64,000 nt of DNA from Candidatus Spongiisociaceae bacterium (GCA_965262915.1 OZ253564.1:3456001-3520000); one strand, 5' to 3'; shown: positions 19,427-28,429, counted from the first letter of the stretch. Numbers and translations: made by a program. Notes: a model not told the origin generated them from the sequence alone.

Positions 19427-20734
19427 TCACTCCCGCCGCTCGGCCACTTCCAGACGGGCTGTCACCTCGTCCCCGAGGGCGATGAAGCGCTCGAGACCCT
19501 CCCGGTAGGCGGCGGCGGGTTCGGGGTCGAAGGTGGTGACGGGCGGGGTCGGCCAATCACCAGGCCCGCCTTCGCCCGGCCGGGGCCACCAACCTAGCGC
19601 GGCGCCGGCGCCCAGGGCCGCTCCGTAGGCCGCCATCTCGTCGCACTCCGGCACGTCGAACGGGACGCCCAGGACCGATGCCTTGATGGAGGTCCAGAGC
19701 GTGCTACGCGAGGGACCTCCCGAACATACCACCCTCTGCAGGATCACACCCTGGTCCCCCAGGACGCGGGCAATGTGAGCCAGGCCGTAGGCGGTCGATT
19801 CGAGCAACGCCCTCGTGATGATCGGCACCCCGGAACCCGGCCCGAGACCGTGGATGGAGGCGCGCAGCCTCATGTCCCAGCGGGGCGCTCGCTCGCCCTC
19901 CAGGAAGGGCAGCACGATGACCCCGGCAGATCCGGGCGGTACCTCGGCTGCCGCCTCCAGCAGGTCGGGTATCGGCCGGCCGGTGATCCCGGACCACCAA
20001 TCCATGATGGCGCCGTGGGCGGCGACCGGACCGCCAACTATGTAGACGCCGGGCACCGGGCTCGGCATCCCGTACTCGACGGCGGGGGGGTATTCGGCCA
20101 CCGACACTGCCACCCCCAGACCGCCGGTCTTCCCGCCGGGGTCGAAACCCCGCCCCGGAGCATCGATAGAGGCGGCCCATGCCGTCATGAACGCGTCGTT
20201 GCTGCCGGGCGCCAGGACGATGCCTGGAGGAAGCCCCTGGTCTCCCGACGTGACCCCGGCAGGGGAACCGACCGGGACCGGCGTCCCGAATCCGGGAAGC
20301 CCCTCCATCGACGACCATACGCTCTGGATCCCCGGCGAACCTCCCAGGGCGGACACTATGTAGTCCCACATCTGGCGAGGCTCGGCACCGGGCCCGAACC
20401 GTTCCCTCAACACGCCCGCCTGTGCCTCTTGCTGCTCGGTGGGGCCGGCGGTCGCTCCGGCGGGATGACGGAAGGTCACCGCCAGTTCTCCTGTCGACAC
20501 CACCGTGGTGGGACCCTGGCCACCGACGCACAGCGCCGTCGGTCTCTCACAGCCGAGCCCACCGACGGCGCGCGAGAGTCCCGCCAGCCAGATGGCCGGA
20601 TCGACCTCGCCGGTCGGACGCCGGACGCCGGACGTGTATGCCGATCTCGAAGTGGCCACGACGCTCCCGGCCCGGTCTATCGCGACGGCGCGGGCCGCGC
20701 CGCTGCCGATGTCGACTCCGGCGACGATCGGCAT
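19427..20734 (-). CDS. FGGY-family carbohydrate kinase
   Basis: GVDIGSG, LPFLEGERAP, RALLESTAY, SGGPSRS. Confidence 0.9.
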   Translation of the reverse strand: MPIVAGVDIGSGAARAVAIDRAGSVVATSRSAYTSGVRRPTGEVDPAIWLAGLSRAVGGLGCERPTALCVGGQGPTTVVSTGELAVTFRHPAGATAGPTEQQEAQAGVLRERFGPGAEPRQMWDYIVSALGGSPGIQSVWSSMEGLPGFGTPVPVGSPAGVTSGDQGLPPGIVLAPGSNDAFMTAWAASIDAPGRGFDPGGKTGGLGVAVSVAEYPPAVEYGMPSPVPGVYIVGGPVAAHGAIMDWWSGITGRPIPDLLEAAAEVPPGSAGVIVLPFLEGERAPRWDMRLRASIHGLGPGSGVPIITRALLESTAYGLAHIARVLGDQGVILQRVVCSGGPSRSTLWTSIKASVLGVPFDVPECDEMAAYGAALGAGAALGWWPRPGEGGPGDWPTPPVTTFDPEPAAAYREGLERFIALGDEVTARLEVAERRE

Positions 20735-21753
20735 CAGCCGTTCTCGAACTCCACGAACACGCGATAGGTCGGTTCGGAGGTCACCAGCGTGAGGGCATCG
20801 CCCAGGCCCGCCAGGGGGAACCGGGCGGATACCAGACGGTTGAGCTGGTCGGCGATGACTCCGGAGCGTATGATGGTCGAGGCCCGTCTCCAGTCCTCCG
20901 GCTCCTGGTTGAAGGCTCCGACGATGGCCACCTCCTCGCGGTGAGACCTGTCGGCGCCCACCGAGGCGGTCACGTCCTTGTCGAACGCGCTGTAGAGAAC
21001 CACGGTTCCCCCGCGGTCGGCCAGTTCCACGGCCAGGTCCACCCCTCCCATGGCAGCCACGAAGACTACGTCTGCCCGATCCCCCACCTCCATGGCATCG
21101 CCCGGCTCGGCAACCCAGTCGGCGCCGACCTCGAGGGCCTCGGACCGGCGAGCGGCCGACAGATCGATCACGCCGATGGTCGAGGCGCCGCCCAGCCTGG
21201 CCAGGGCCATGTGGATCCGTCCCATGAGGCCCCCGCCGATGATGGTCACCCGATCACCCGGTCTGAACCGACCCTGACGCAGGGAGTGGACGCAGCAGGC
21301 GATCGGTTCCCCCATCGCGGCATGGGCCATCGGCGCATCGCCAACCGGATGGACCGACTTGGCGTCGACCGCGATCCTCTCGGTGAACCCGCCGAACGCC
21401 ACCGTGCCATCGGACAGCCTCCGTCCCTGCCGGTATTGGCACAGACCGGTCTTGCCCCGCCGGCACGGTCCGCAGGTGAGGCATCGGGTGAGCAGGTCGA
21501 TGGTTACGCGATCACCAACCTGGGGAGAGCCCACCAGCCCGTCCACCCCTGTGCCGGCGGCCACGATGACCCCGGCGGCCTCGTGGCCCGGCGAGACCGG
21601 ATACCAGAGTTTGTCGCCCGCGAAGAGCCGGCGTTCGAGGGTGCATATACCGCACGCGGCTATATCGACCAGCACTTGGTCGGCGCCCGGGGTGGGGACG
21701 GGCTCCTGGCGGAATTCGACCTCTCCGGGTCCCGTGATGACTGCTGCTTTCAA
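20734..21753 (-). CDS. Zn-dependent MDR alcohol/polyol dehydrogenase
   Basis: CGIC...GHE catalytic Zn, CxxCxxC...C structural Zn, GGGLMG nucleotide binding; TTG start with GGGAGG. Confidence 0.92.
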   Translation of the reverse strand: MKAAVITGPGEVEFRQEPVPTPGADQVLVDIAACGICTLERRLFAGDKLWYPVSPGHEAAGVIVAAGTGVDGLVGSPQVGDRVTIDLLTRCLTCGPCRRGKTGLCQYRQGRRLSDGTVAFGGFTERIAVDAKSVHPVGDAPMAHAAMGEPIACCVHSLRQGRFRPGDRVTIIGGGLMGRIHMALARLGGASTIGVIDLSAARRSEALEVGADWVAEPGDAMEVGDRADVVFVAAMGGVDLAVELADRGGTVVLYSAFDKDVTASVGADRSHREEVAIVGAFNQEPEDWRRASTIIRSGVIADQLNRLVSARFPLAGLGDALTLVTSEPTYRVFVEFENG

Positions 21754-21863
21754 GATGCCTCCCGGATGCGCTCAGCGGAGCAGCCCCGCTCCACTACCTG
21801 CCCGCTTTCTGGAGTTGTGACCGTACCATCCCCCATCGCAGTGGTTCGGGGGCCGGCGCGCCG

Positions 21864-22100
21864 CTACCAACCGCTCTCAGCGGTCTTGATGGTCGCCGAC
21901 TTCTGCGGAAGTACTCGCGCCTGGCATCCGGACCCTCGCTCACTCCATGGCCGCTCGATCTTTAGAGGTGCGGCTCACCTCGAAGGCGGTCATGTAGTAG
22001 TGGGTGACCTACACCTGCCCCGCTTCCAGCCGGTTCGCCACCGGGTGGGCCTTGCCGGACTCTCCGTCCGGACAGCCGAGACCAGGCCGTACCGGCTGTT
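21864..22100 (-). pseudogene. Degraded 3' fragment of an aldehyde dehydrogenase gene
   Basis: Across frameshifts and a stop: NSRYGLVSAVRT / AHPVANRLEAGQV* / GHGVSEGPDARREY / KSATIK, matching the ALDH C-terminal consensus. Confidence 0.6.
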
Positions 22101-22229
22101 GGGTCGGTAGCCCGGTTCTTCGTGTATGGATCAGGACTCTGAGCCCCACAACCGGGCAGGCCATGGAGGCCGCTCCGCCGGGCGCACGCCACGTCTTCCC
22201 TGAAGACCGGAACGGTCACTCGAACTATC

Positions 22230-22682
22230 TCAGTCCCTGTACAACGCCACCCACTTGATGATCTCGTCGACTTCGGCCGACAGCTCCATCAGGCCGACGT
22301 GCTCGTCGTAGAGATCGCCGTCCATCTGTGCCTTTATCTCCGGCTCCAGCACGTGATATACAGGAAGTCCCAACGGGACTCCGGCCAACGGACCCGCCCA
22401 GGTCGGATCGCCTCTCGTCACCGTCTCCGCGAAGAGACCGGCGCTGTTGGCGTCCGGCTGGCCCAGCACCACGACCATGTCGTCGGTACCGGAAGTCTCG
22501 GCCAGGCGGTTTACGTTCGCCTGGTCCTCCAAGTCCATGGCGCCCCCCGCCGTTCAGACGAAACACTGGGTGACGCTGAACACCACGGTGGCACCGGCCG
22601 ATTCGGCCAGCAGCTTGAGGCTGGGGCCGTTGACGCCTTCGCGCTCGCCGATGGCCACCACCCGCTTACCGTTCAGATCCAT
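22230..22682 (-). CDS. grdA: Glycine/sarcosine/betaine reductase selenoprotein A (Sec at codon 43, 150 aa)
   Basis: ATG 22682 with AAAGGAGG RBS; MDLNGKRVVAIGEREGVNGP...TQCFV-UGA(22556-22554)-TAGGAMDLEDQ...ETVTRGDPTWAGPLAGV, the GrdA CxxU motif. Confidence 0.93.
22518..22542 (-). promoter_or_regulatory. Putative bacterial SECIS hairpin of grdA
   Basis: CGCC-A-UGG...CCA-GGCG stem starting 11 nt after the UGA, with GG in the apical region. Confidence 0.5.
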
Positions 22683-22763
22683 GCGTGGACCTCCTTTCAT
22701 TGCCTTTCGAGACCGGTCGAACCCGCGGGCCGCTCACCACCACGATACGTCCGGACCGCCAGC

Positions 22764-23633
22764 ATAGATCGCTTTGGTAAGGCCGGGATCGACTACAAAC
22801 CAACGGCGAACATACTAACGCTGGCTAGCGGGTTCATGGACTCCTACGACTTCACTCTCAATCCGTACAGCGGATGCTCCTTCGGTTGTACCTATTGCTA
22901 TGCCGCATTCTTCAGCCCGGACAAACAGAAAAGAGATTCCTGGGGGGACTGGGTGGTAGTCAAAGAGAACGCAGTCGAGTTGATGAGAAGGCGTAGGCGC
23001 GGTGGATTGGACGGAAGGCGCATCTATATGAGCAGTGTGACCGATCCTTACCAGCCCATTGAGAGGAAGCTGGAGATTACCCCGGAATTGCTCAAGATCA
23101 TGGCCGAGCATCACAGGCCGAAGCTAATGGTACAGACCCGTAGCCCCCTCGTCGTGCGGGACTGTGACCTGTTCCGGCAGATCGAGGGGAGCGGTGGAAG
23201 GGTTCAAGTCAATATGACGGTCACCACCGACGATATGGACATCATGCGAACGTTCGAGCCGCTCTGCCCTCCCAACCGGAAACGCTTGGAGGCGATCACA
23301 AAGATACGGGAGGCCGGTGTCGAGTCCTGTATCACGATGACACCCCTGCTGCTGGTCAGCAACGATCACGAATTCGCCGATAGCCTGATCGAGACCGGGG
23401 TCCAGAAGTTCATCGCCCAGCCCTTCCACTTCAAGAAGGGCAAGTTCGTGGCCAACACCCGCCAGGAAGCCTTCGACCTGATGTCGGAGAAGCTCGGCTG
23501 TAACCGTGGAAACTTCATTCCCAGATACCTCGGGGCCTATGACGAGTTCGTCCGGATGTTCAAGATGAGGCTACTCGAGGAAGGGCTACCGGAACTGGGG
23601 ATAGGCAAGTCCGGCTTCGAACCACCGTGGTAA
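22764..23633 (+). CDS. Radical SAM protein, spore photoproduct lyase-like family (start uncertain: ATA 22764 or ATG 22836)
   Basis: LNPYSGCSFGCTYCYA (CxxxCxxC), MSSVTDPYQPIE, QTRSPLV, FEP. Confidence 0.85.
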   Translation: MDRFGKAGIDYKPTANILTLASGFMDSYDFTLNPYSGCSFGCTYCYAAFFSPDKQKRDSWGDWVVVKENAVELMRRRRRGGLDGRRIYMSSVTDPYQPIERKLEITPELLKIMAEHHRPKLMVQTRSPLVVRDCDLFRQIEGSGGRVQVNMTVTTDDMDIMRTFEPLCPPNRKRLEAITKIREAGVESCITMTPLLLVSNDHEFADSLIETGVQKFIAQPFHFKKGKFVANTRQEAFDLMSEKLGCNRGNFIPRYLGAYDEFVRMFKMRLLEEGLPELGIGKSGFEPPW

Positions 23634-23661
23634 TGGCCCCCTGTCCGGTAATCAGATAAAG

Positions 23662-24078
23662 CTACAGCCTGAGCACCGGCACGTCCGGCGACTCAGGCCG
23701 GGGGCCCAGTGTCCGGTTCCGGCAGTCAGCAACCAGATCGAGTTCCTCCATGACGAGTTGACCGATCAACGGGTCGGCGCCCGGCGGCACCACGACGCAT
23801 CGAGCGAACGTCCAGCGGTCACCGATGTGCACGGTCAAGGGGCCGGCAATCGCTAGCTCACCTCGCCGACCGTCCGCGTAGGCGAAGGTTCCGCTGCCCA
23901 CAACCTCTACGCCGAGCCGCTCCACGACATCCGCGGGCAGCGCGAGCATCAGCGCACCTGTATCCGCAACAGCGCTGACCGTAGCCCGGCGGATTTCCGT
24001 CTCCCGGAGGATTCCCTTGTTGACCATCGCGCGGTCTTCCGCGTTCTGCAACTCGATGTCAACGACGATCTCGCCCAT
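23662..24078 (-). CDS. Clan AA (retropepsin-like) single-domain aspartic protease
   Basis: ADTGA catalytic motif, YADGR flap, PLIGQLVMEELDL. Confidence 0.85.
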   Translation of the reverse strand: MGEIVVDIELQNAEDRAMVNKGILRETEIRRATVSAVADTGALMLALPADVVERLGVEVVGSGTFAYADGRRGELAIAGPLTVHIGDRWTFARCVVVPPGADPLIGQLVMEELDLVADCRNRTLGPRPESPDVPVLRL

Positions 24079-24176
24079 AGCTCGGCTTCAACTCCCCTCT
24101 CCGGCGTGTTCGCAGTGTGATTCGCAAGTGTATCGATGTATCAGTCATACCTGCTAACACTCACATACTAACACTA

Positions 24177-25625
24177 CTATGAGCCAGCCTCTGGTCGGTG
24201 GCCAGAAGCGGAGGGTCGTTCCACCACGAAGGACACCCCGTCGACCAACTGCGTCATCCTGCCCAGGAACAGGCTGCCCTTGGCGATGATCATCGCCCGA
24301 TCCAGCTCGCCTCGGCGCATGGCCCGGTGCGCGTGGCCGAGGTAGGGGACGCCGGCCGGAATGTGGCCTTGCGTTGGGGCGAACCCCGGCATCCCACGCT
24401 CGGTCACGAACCTGTCCATCTCGCCCCTTTGTATCTCGCCCCGCAGGACCGCCATCGCCGCCAGGGTGCGGTAGTTGGTCCTGGGTACGTCGCCGCTCCC
24501 ACCCGGTTCGGTGATCTCCGGGTTGTGCATCTCCACCGCGTACCGATCGATGTCGGTCATGCCGAGACCGGCCCTCACCAGCGGTTCCACCACCAGCGCC
24601 TCGTAGACAGCCCGCGACGACGACCCGGCCCCTATCGGATGCCGGCCGGTGAGGTCGAGACGCAGTCGCATACCGTCGCCGTCGGCGGGACCGACCAGGA
24701 AGGCCATCGAAGCCAGGCAGTCCTCCATCACGGGTACCCCGTTGCGAAGGTGGGCGGCGAACTTCATGCCCAGCTTGGCCTGCGACCCGCCGCCCAGTAC
24801 CACCACGTACTCGTGAAGACCCGCCGCGACCATCGCCCCGGCCGCGATCAGGGCATGCACGGGTGCGGCGCAGAAAGCCTTGATATCGGACCCCGTGGCG
24901 TTCACGCAGCCGACCACCTCCCCGACGGCCTTCGACAGGCTACCCCCGCCCCGCTGGTAACGGTCCCCCACCGCCTCCTCCCCGCTGTTGAACAGGTAGT
25001 CCACCCGGGATGCCGGAAGGGCGCTCCGGATCATCAGGTCCGAGACGGCAAGCACCGCGGTCGCCTTGGCAGCCAGATTCTCGAACAGCACATGGGCGGA
25101 CAGCGACGCGTCCTGTTCGTGGGCGGTGCGCATGAACCCGGCCACCCTCCCCCCGTCGTAAAGGGGAAGTCCGCTGCTGCGGTCCATGATCTCCCCCAAT
25201 TCGGCCGGCCCGACACCGGTGATGCGGTCCATCCGGTGACCGAAGGCGGTCAACTCCGCCCTGGCCCGGTCCGCCAATCGCTGGTCGATGGTGAGAAGGT
25301 CGAAGTCGTCGCACAACTTCATCAGCCCGTAGAGCGCGGCCTGGGTAACCAATCGGCCTAACGGCCCGGTGGACCGGGCGGGGACAACCCTGTTCTCGTA
25401 CCAGGGGCGGGGGATGGAGGCGAGGTCGTCAGGAGCGAGGTTGCCGATGAAGGTCTGGTTGGGCGGGTAACCGACCACCTCCTCCCAGGGGCGGAGGGCC
25501 TTGGTCAGCCGTGCCGACAGGGAAGGGTCCCTCTCGATCTCGCGGACTGGTTTCGATCCGTACCGGACGAAATCGGGAGCGTGGGCCAGCGCGTAGGACG
25601 TGTCGAGGATGGCGGGTAACGGCAT
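24177..25625 (-). CDS. grdC: Glycine/sarcosine/betaine reductase component C, FabH-like subunit
   Basis: EEAVGDRYQRGGG, NATGSDIKAFCAAPVH, KLGM, HNPEITEP, PTQGHIP, KGSLFLGRMT. Confidence 0.93.
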   Translation of the reverse strand: MPLPAILDTSYALAHAPDFVRYGSKPVREIERDPSLSARLTKALRPWEEVVGYPPNQTFIGNLAPDDLASIPRPWYENRVVPARSTGPLGRLVTQAALYGLMKLCDDFDLLTIDQRLADRARAELTAFGHRMDRITGVGPAELGEIMDRSSGLPLYDGGRVAGFMRTAHEQDASLSAHVLFENLAAKATAVLAVSDLMIRSALPASRVDYLFNSGEEAVGDRYQRGGGSLSKAVGEVVGCVNATGSDIKAFCAAPVHALIAAGAMVAAGLHEYVVVLGGGSQAKLGMKFAAHLRNGVPVMEDCLASMAFLVGPADGDGMRLRLDLTGRHPIGAGSSSRAVYEALVVEPLVRAGLGMTDIDRYAVEMHNPEITEPGGSGDVPRTNYRTLAAMAVLRGEIQRGEMDRFVTERGMPGFAPTQGHIPAGVPYLGHAHRAMRRGELDRAMIIAKGSLFLGRMTQLVDGVSFVVERPSASGHRPEAGS

Positions 25626-25652
25626 CAGACTGCACTCTCCAGGGTCACCAGG

Positions 25653-26962
25653 TCACCAATCGGCGAATATTCGGGCTTCGTGGAGAGTAGTGGCAGCCGC
25701 CCTGAGGGCCTTGCACACCTGCTCGCGGCGCCAGGCGACCTCTTCGCCGGGCGTACGTACCGGGTAGCCCACCGGGTGGGGGATGAGGCCCGACGAACGG
25801 ATCCGGTTCGCCCCGGCGACCTTCGCTATCGATGTCATCGCGGTGAGCAGGGTGGCCGGTATCCCGTGCTTCTCGATCATCTTGCACATCGTTGCACCGC
25901 AACGCGTCCCGGTCCCTCAGGTACTGGTGGCGACGACCGCCTGGACCCCGTCGGCTCGGAGCCGGCGGGCGATCTCGGCGCCCATCCGCTCCGCGTCGGT
26001 CACGGTGGTACCGGTGCCCGTCGTCACGTAGACGTAGTCGTGGAGCTTGCCGATGGCGCCTTCCTCGGCCAGGGCGCGTAGGGCGTCGATCGGCACCAGC
26101 CGGTTGGGGTCGGCATCAACCCACTGCGAGTCGTAACCCGCATGGATGGACCGGAACACGGGCCACCGGTTGTCCTCGATCATGGCGAGCGGGTACCGGG
26201 CCCAGCGGGTGGCGCCGGAGGATTCGATGCGGTCCGGGTTGCCCTCCGGCACGAGCCCCCTTCGGTCAGGATGGCGACGGTGGTGGTCGACAGGTCCGCT
26301 ACTGCGGGCGCCGGTGGGACCGTCTCGGCCTGGGCCGGGAGCCGTACCTCGCTGGTGTACGGTTCGCCACCGACCTTGGCCATCAGCATGTCGAGGGCCC
26401 TGGCAGCCACCGGCGTGCGGTTCACCCAGGCGCCGCGGTAGCCCATGGGAATCCTCCCGTCATCGGCCGCCGGAAGCAGGTCCCCGCCGCGGGCGAGGCG
26501 GAGCCCGACCCTTGCCATCGACTCGAGCGCCGGGCGCATCCCGGCAGCCGAGTCGGCCGTGGCCACCATGACCACCCGGCTGCGGTAGACATCGACCGCC
26601 GGGGCATCAGGGAAGAGCCCGACAACCGCGGGGATCCCGAGCCGCTCCCTCGCGCCCGCTGCCACCGCCGCGCAGGCCAGCCCGTAGCGGCCGGCATTGA
26701 AGGCAGGGCCGGCCAGCACCAGATCCGGCTCGACTTCGGCGATGGCGGCGAGAGCGACATCGAGGTTCGCGTCCGCATCGGCGTGAAAGGCGTTGTCACC
26801 ACACACCAGGGTCCGCACGATCCTGGCCCCGTCATCAAGTAGCTGCTCGAGGGCCCGACCCGAACCGACCACCCCGTCGTGAACCTGCAAGGGGGTGCCC
26901 GCCCTGTCCTCGCCGCCGATCCCCCCGAAGAACTGGTTGAGGTAATGAACCATGCGGATCAT
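25653..26962 (-). CDS. grdB: Reductase selenoprotein B (GrdB/GrdF/GrdH family); Sec at about codon 349; 1-nt frameshift at 26256-26260 (error or pseudogene)
   Basis: Three ORF pieces join to 436 aa: HYLNQFFGGIGGE..GPAFNAGRYG..TEGG|LVPEGNPDRIES..HAGYD..DPNR..TST-UGA(25919-25917)-GTGTRCGATM..GANRI..IPHPVG. Confidence 0.88.
25890..25904 (-). promoter_or_regulatory. Bacterial SECIS hairpin of grdB
   Basis: Perfect CGUUGC-GGU-GCAACG stem-loop starting 12 nt after the in-frame UGA, G first in loop. Confidence 0.8.
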
Positions 26963-26965
26963 CTA

Positions 26966-27127
26966 GTGGTCTGTCTGTGAAATGGCGGCGTGGTATGCGC
27001 CGGCAGCGGCGTTCCTCGCAAGGCCCGCCGACGAAGGCGTACCGGGAGCGTACGTAGAGGAGGCGGAACGCAGCGAGGGCCGTCGCTGGCAAGCAGAGCA
27101 CGCCAGGTTATTTTGCAGGCAGACCAC
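26966..27127. mobile_element. 162-bp MITE-like element, copy 2, between grdE stop and grdB start
   Basis: TIRs GTGGTCTGTCTGTGAAAT / ATTTTGCAGGCAGACCAC; flanking TA (or CTA) duplication; inverted relative to copy 1. Confidence 0.88.
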
Positions 27128-28416
27128 TAAAAGGCCCTTCCGGTGAGTATGTTGCCGCCCAACTGGTTGACGCCGCAGTAGTGGTAGTACATCTTGAGGT
27201 CGAACGGGCCGCGGGCCGGCGTTTCTCCGTCGAGCAGCAGGTCGTCCCCGATCACCCGCCCGACCTCCGGCATGGTCACGATCTCGTCCTCGGAGCCGAC
27301 GCTGACGATAGCGTCGGCCTCGGGCACCGTGTAGAAGAGCGGGAAGTCGTACCCGTCGATGCCCGGCGCCTCCGACGAGACGACGACGGTCCTGATACCG
27401 GCCTGCTCCATGTACCGGCAGGCGAGCATCATGTCGATGGCCGAGTTGCCGCCCCCCTCGGCAGTGAGAACCGCCCCGTCTGCCCCTAGGAAGCCGCCGA
27501 GCTTGGCCGCCCAGTGGGACGAGCGCTCCTTGTCCTCCTGGGTGTAGTTGTGGCCGCGGTTGATGATGACCCCGGCGAAGTTCAGGTCCCGGCCGTGACG
27601 AGCTGCGAGCTCCCGGATGATCGGGTTGTTCTGGTGGAGGAAGGTGGGGTTCTTATAGCAGGCGTACACGTGGACCCCGCTCACGATGGCGCCGTCGATC
27701 ACCTCGTTGGGGTGGATGAGCGTGGGAACCAGGTTGTGGATGGTCCGCCCGTACAGGTAGGTGTCGGCCATGCTGCCCTGTCCCTGGAGCTGGTAGAAGT
27801 AGACGACGTTCGGCAGATCGGGGTGGGGGGTCGAGAAGTCGAATGTCGTCGTGGAGTCGGCTACGGCATCGGCGGTCAGGAGTGCCCGCCGGGCGACCAT
27901 CTCGGCCACCCGGAGCGTTGCTCTCCGGATGGCGTCGTCGTAGTCGTCGTTTCCCACGGTGGGATTCGGGGTGTATACCAGCACCACGTTGCAGACCCGC
28001 GACATCGGGCTGTAGACAGCGGTCGGGCCGGACATGTCCACCACCGCTTCGCGTGCCTGGAGCAGTCCCGATAAGGGCTGGGGATAGCGGCTCGACGCCA
28101 GCACGCTCACCCCGTCGATACGCACGGTTCGGCCCTCGCCTACGGTGTCCATGCCGCCGAGGAAACCCGGAAACACGGTCCCGACCCCCGGCTTGGTACG
28201 GGGTTCGACCGCGTCGAGGCAATGCACGATACGCACGTCCTCCCCCGGTCGGGCTACGGCAACTTCGACATCGGCGATGCGGGCGTCCGAGAGAACGGTG
28301 GACGCCACTTCCCGGTTCGAGATCGTCAGGGTGTGCCCGGACACCGAGGTGGCGTTGCCGAGCCGTACGTCTTCTATGTGAATGGACCGCACATCGAGCC
28401 GCAAGGATCGCCGCAT
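27127..28416 (-). CDS. grdE: Reductase component B proprotein (GrdE/GrdG family)
   Basis: DAVEPRTK, FPGF, VGEGRT, DMSGP, PTLIHPNEVIDGAIVSG..ACYKNPTFLHQNNP, EGGGN, ADAIVSVG. Confidence 0.88.
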   Translation of the reverse strand: MRRSLRLDVRSIHIEDVRLGNATSVSGHTLTISNREVASTVLSDARIADVEVAVARPGEDVRIVHCLDAVEPRTKPGVGTVFPGFLGGMDTVGEGRTVRIDGVSVLASSRYPQPLSGLLQAREAVVDMSGPTAVYSPMSRVCNVVLVYTPNPTVGNDDYDDAIRRATLRVAEMVARRALLTADAVADSTTTFDFSTPHPDLPNVVYFYQLQGQGSMADTYLYGRTIHNLVPTLIHPNEVIDGAIVSGVHVYACYKNPTFLHQNNPIIRELAARHGRDLNFAGVIINRGHNYTQEDKERSSHWAAKLGGFLGADGAVLTAEGGGNSAIDMMLACRYMEQAGIRTVVVSSEAPGIDGYDFPLFYTVPEADAIVSVGSEDEIVTMPEVGRVIGDDLLLDGETPARGPFDLKMYYHYCGVNQLGGNILTGRAF

Positions 28417-28429
28417 GCCTGGATCCAGC

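Noticed and set aside
17057-22110. Long plus-strand ORFs (17057, 18048, 20422) and similar ones such as 50209 and 40735
   Set aside because: Antisense shadows of real high-GC genes; Arg/Pro/Gly-rich with no motifs
22230-22232. Second Sec readthrough at the terminal UGA of grdA (and of grdB at 25653)
   Set aside because: Proteins are already family length; no SECIS-like hairpin or conserved sequence follows
22299-22763. Long N-terminal extension of the radical SAM ORF
   Set aside because: It is the antisense of grdA; homology-like sequence starts only near 22764
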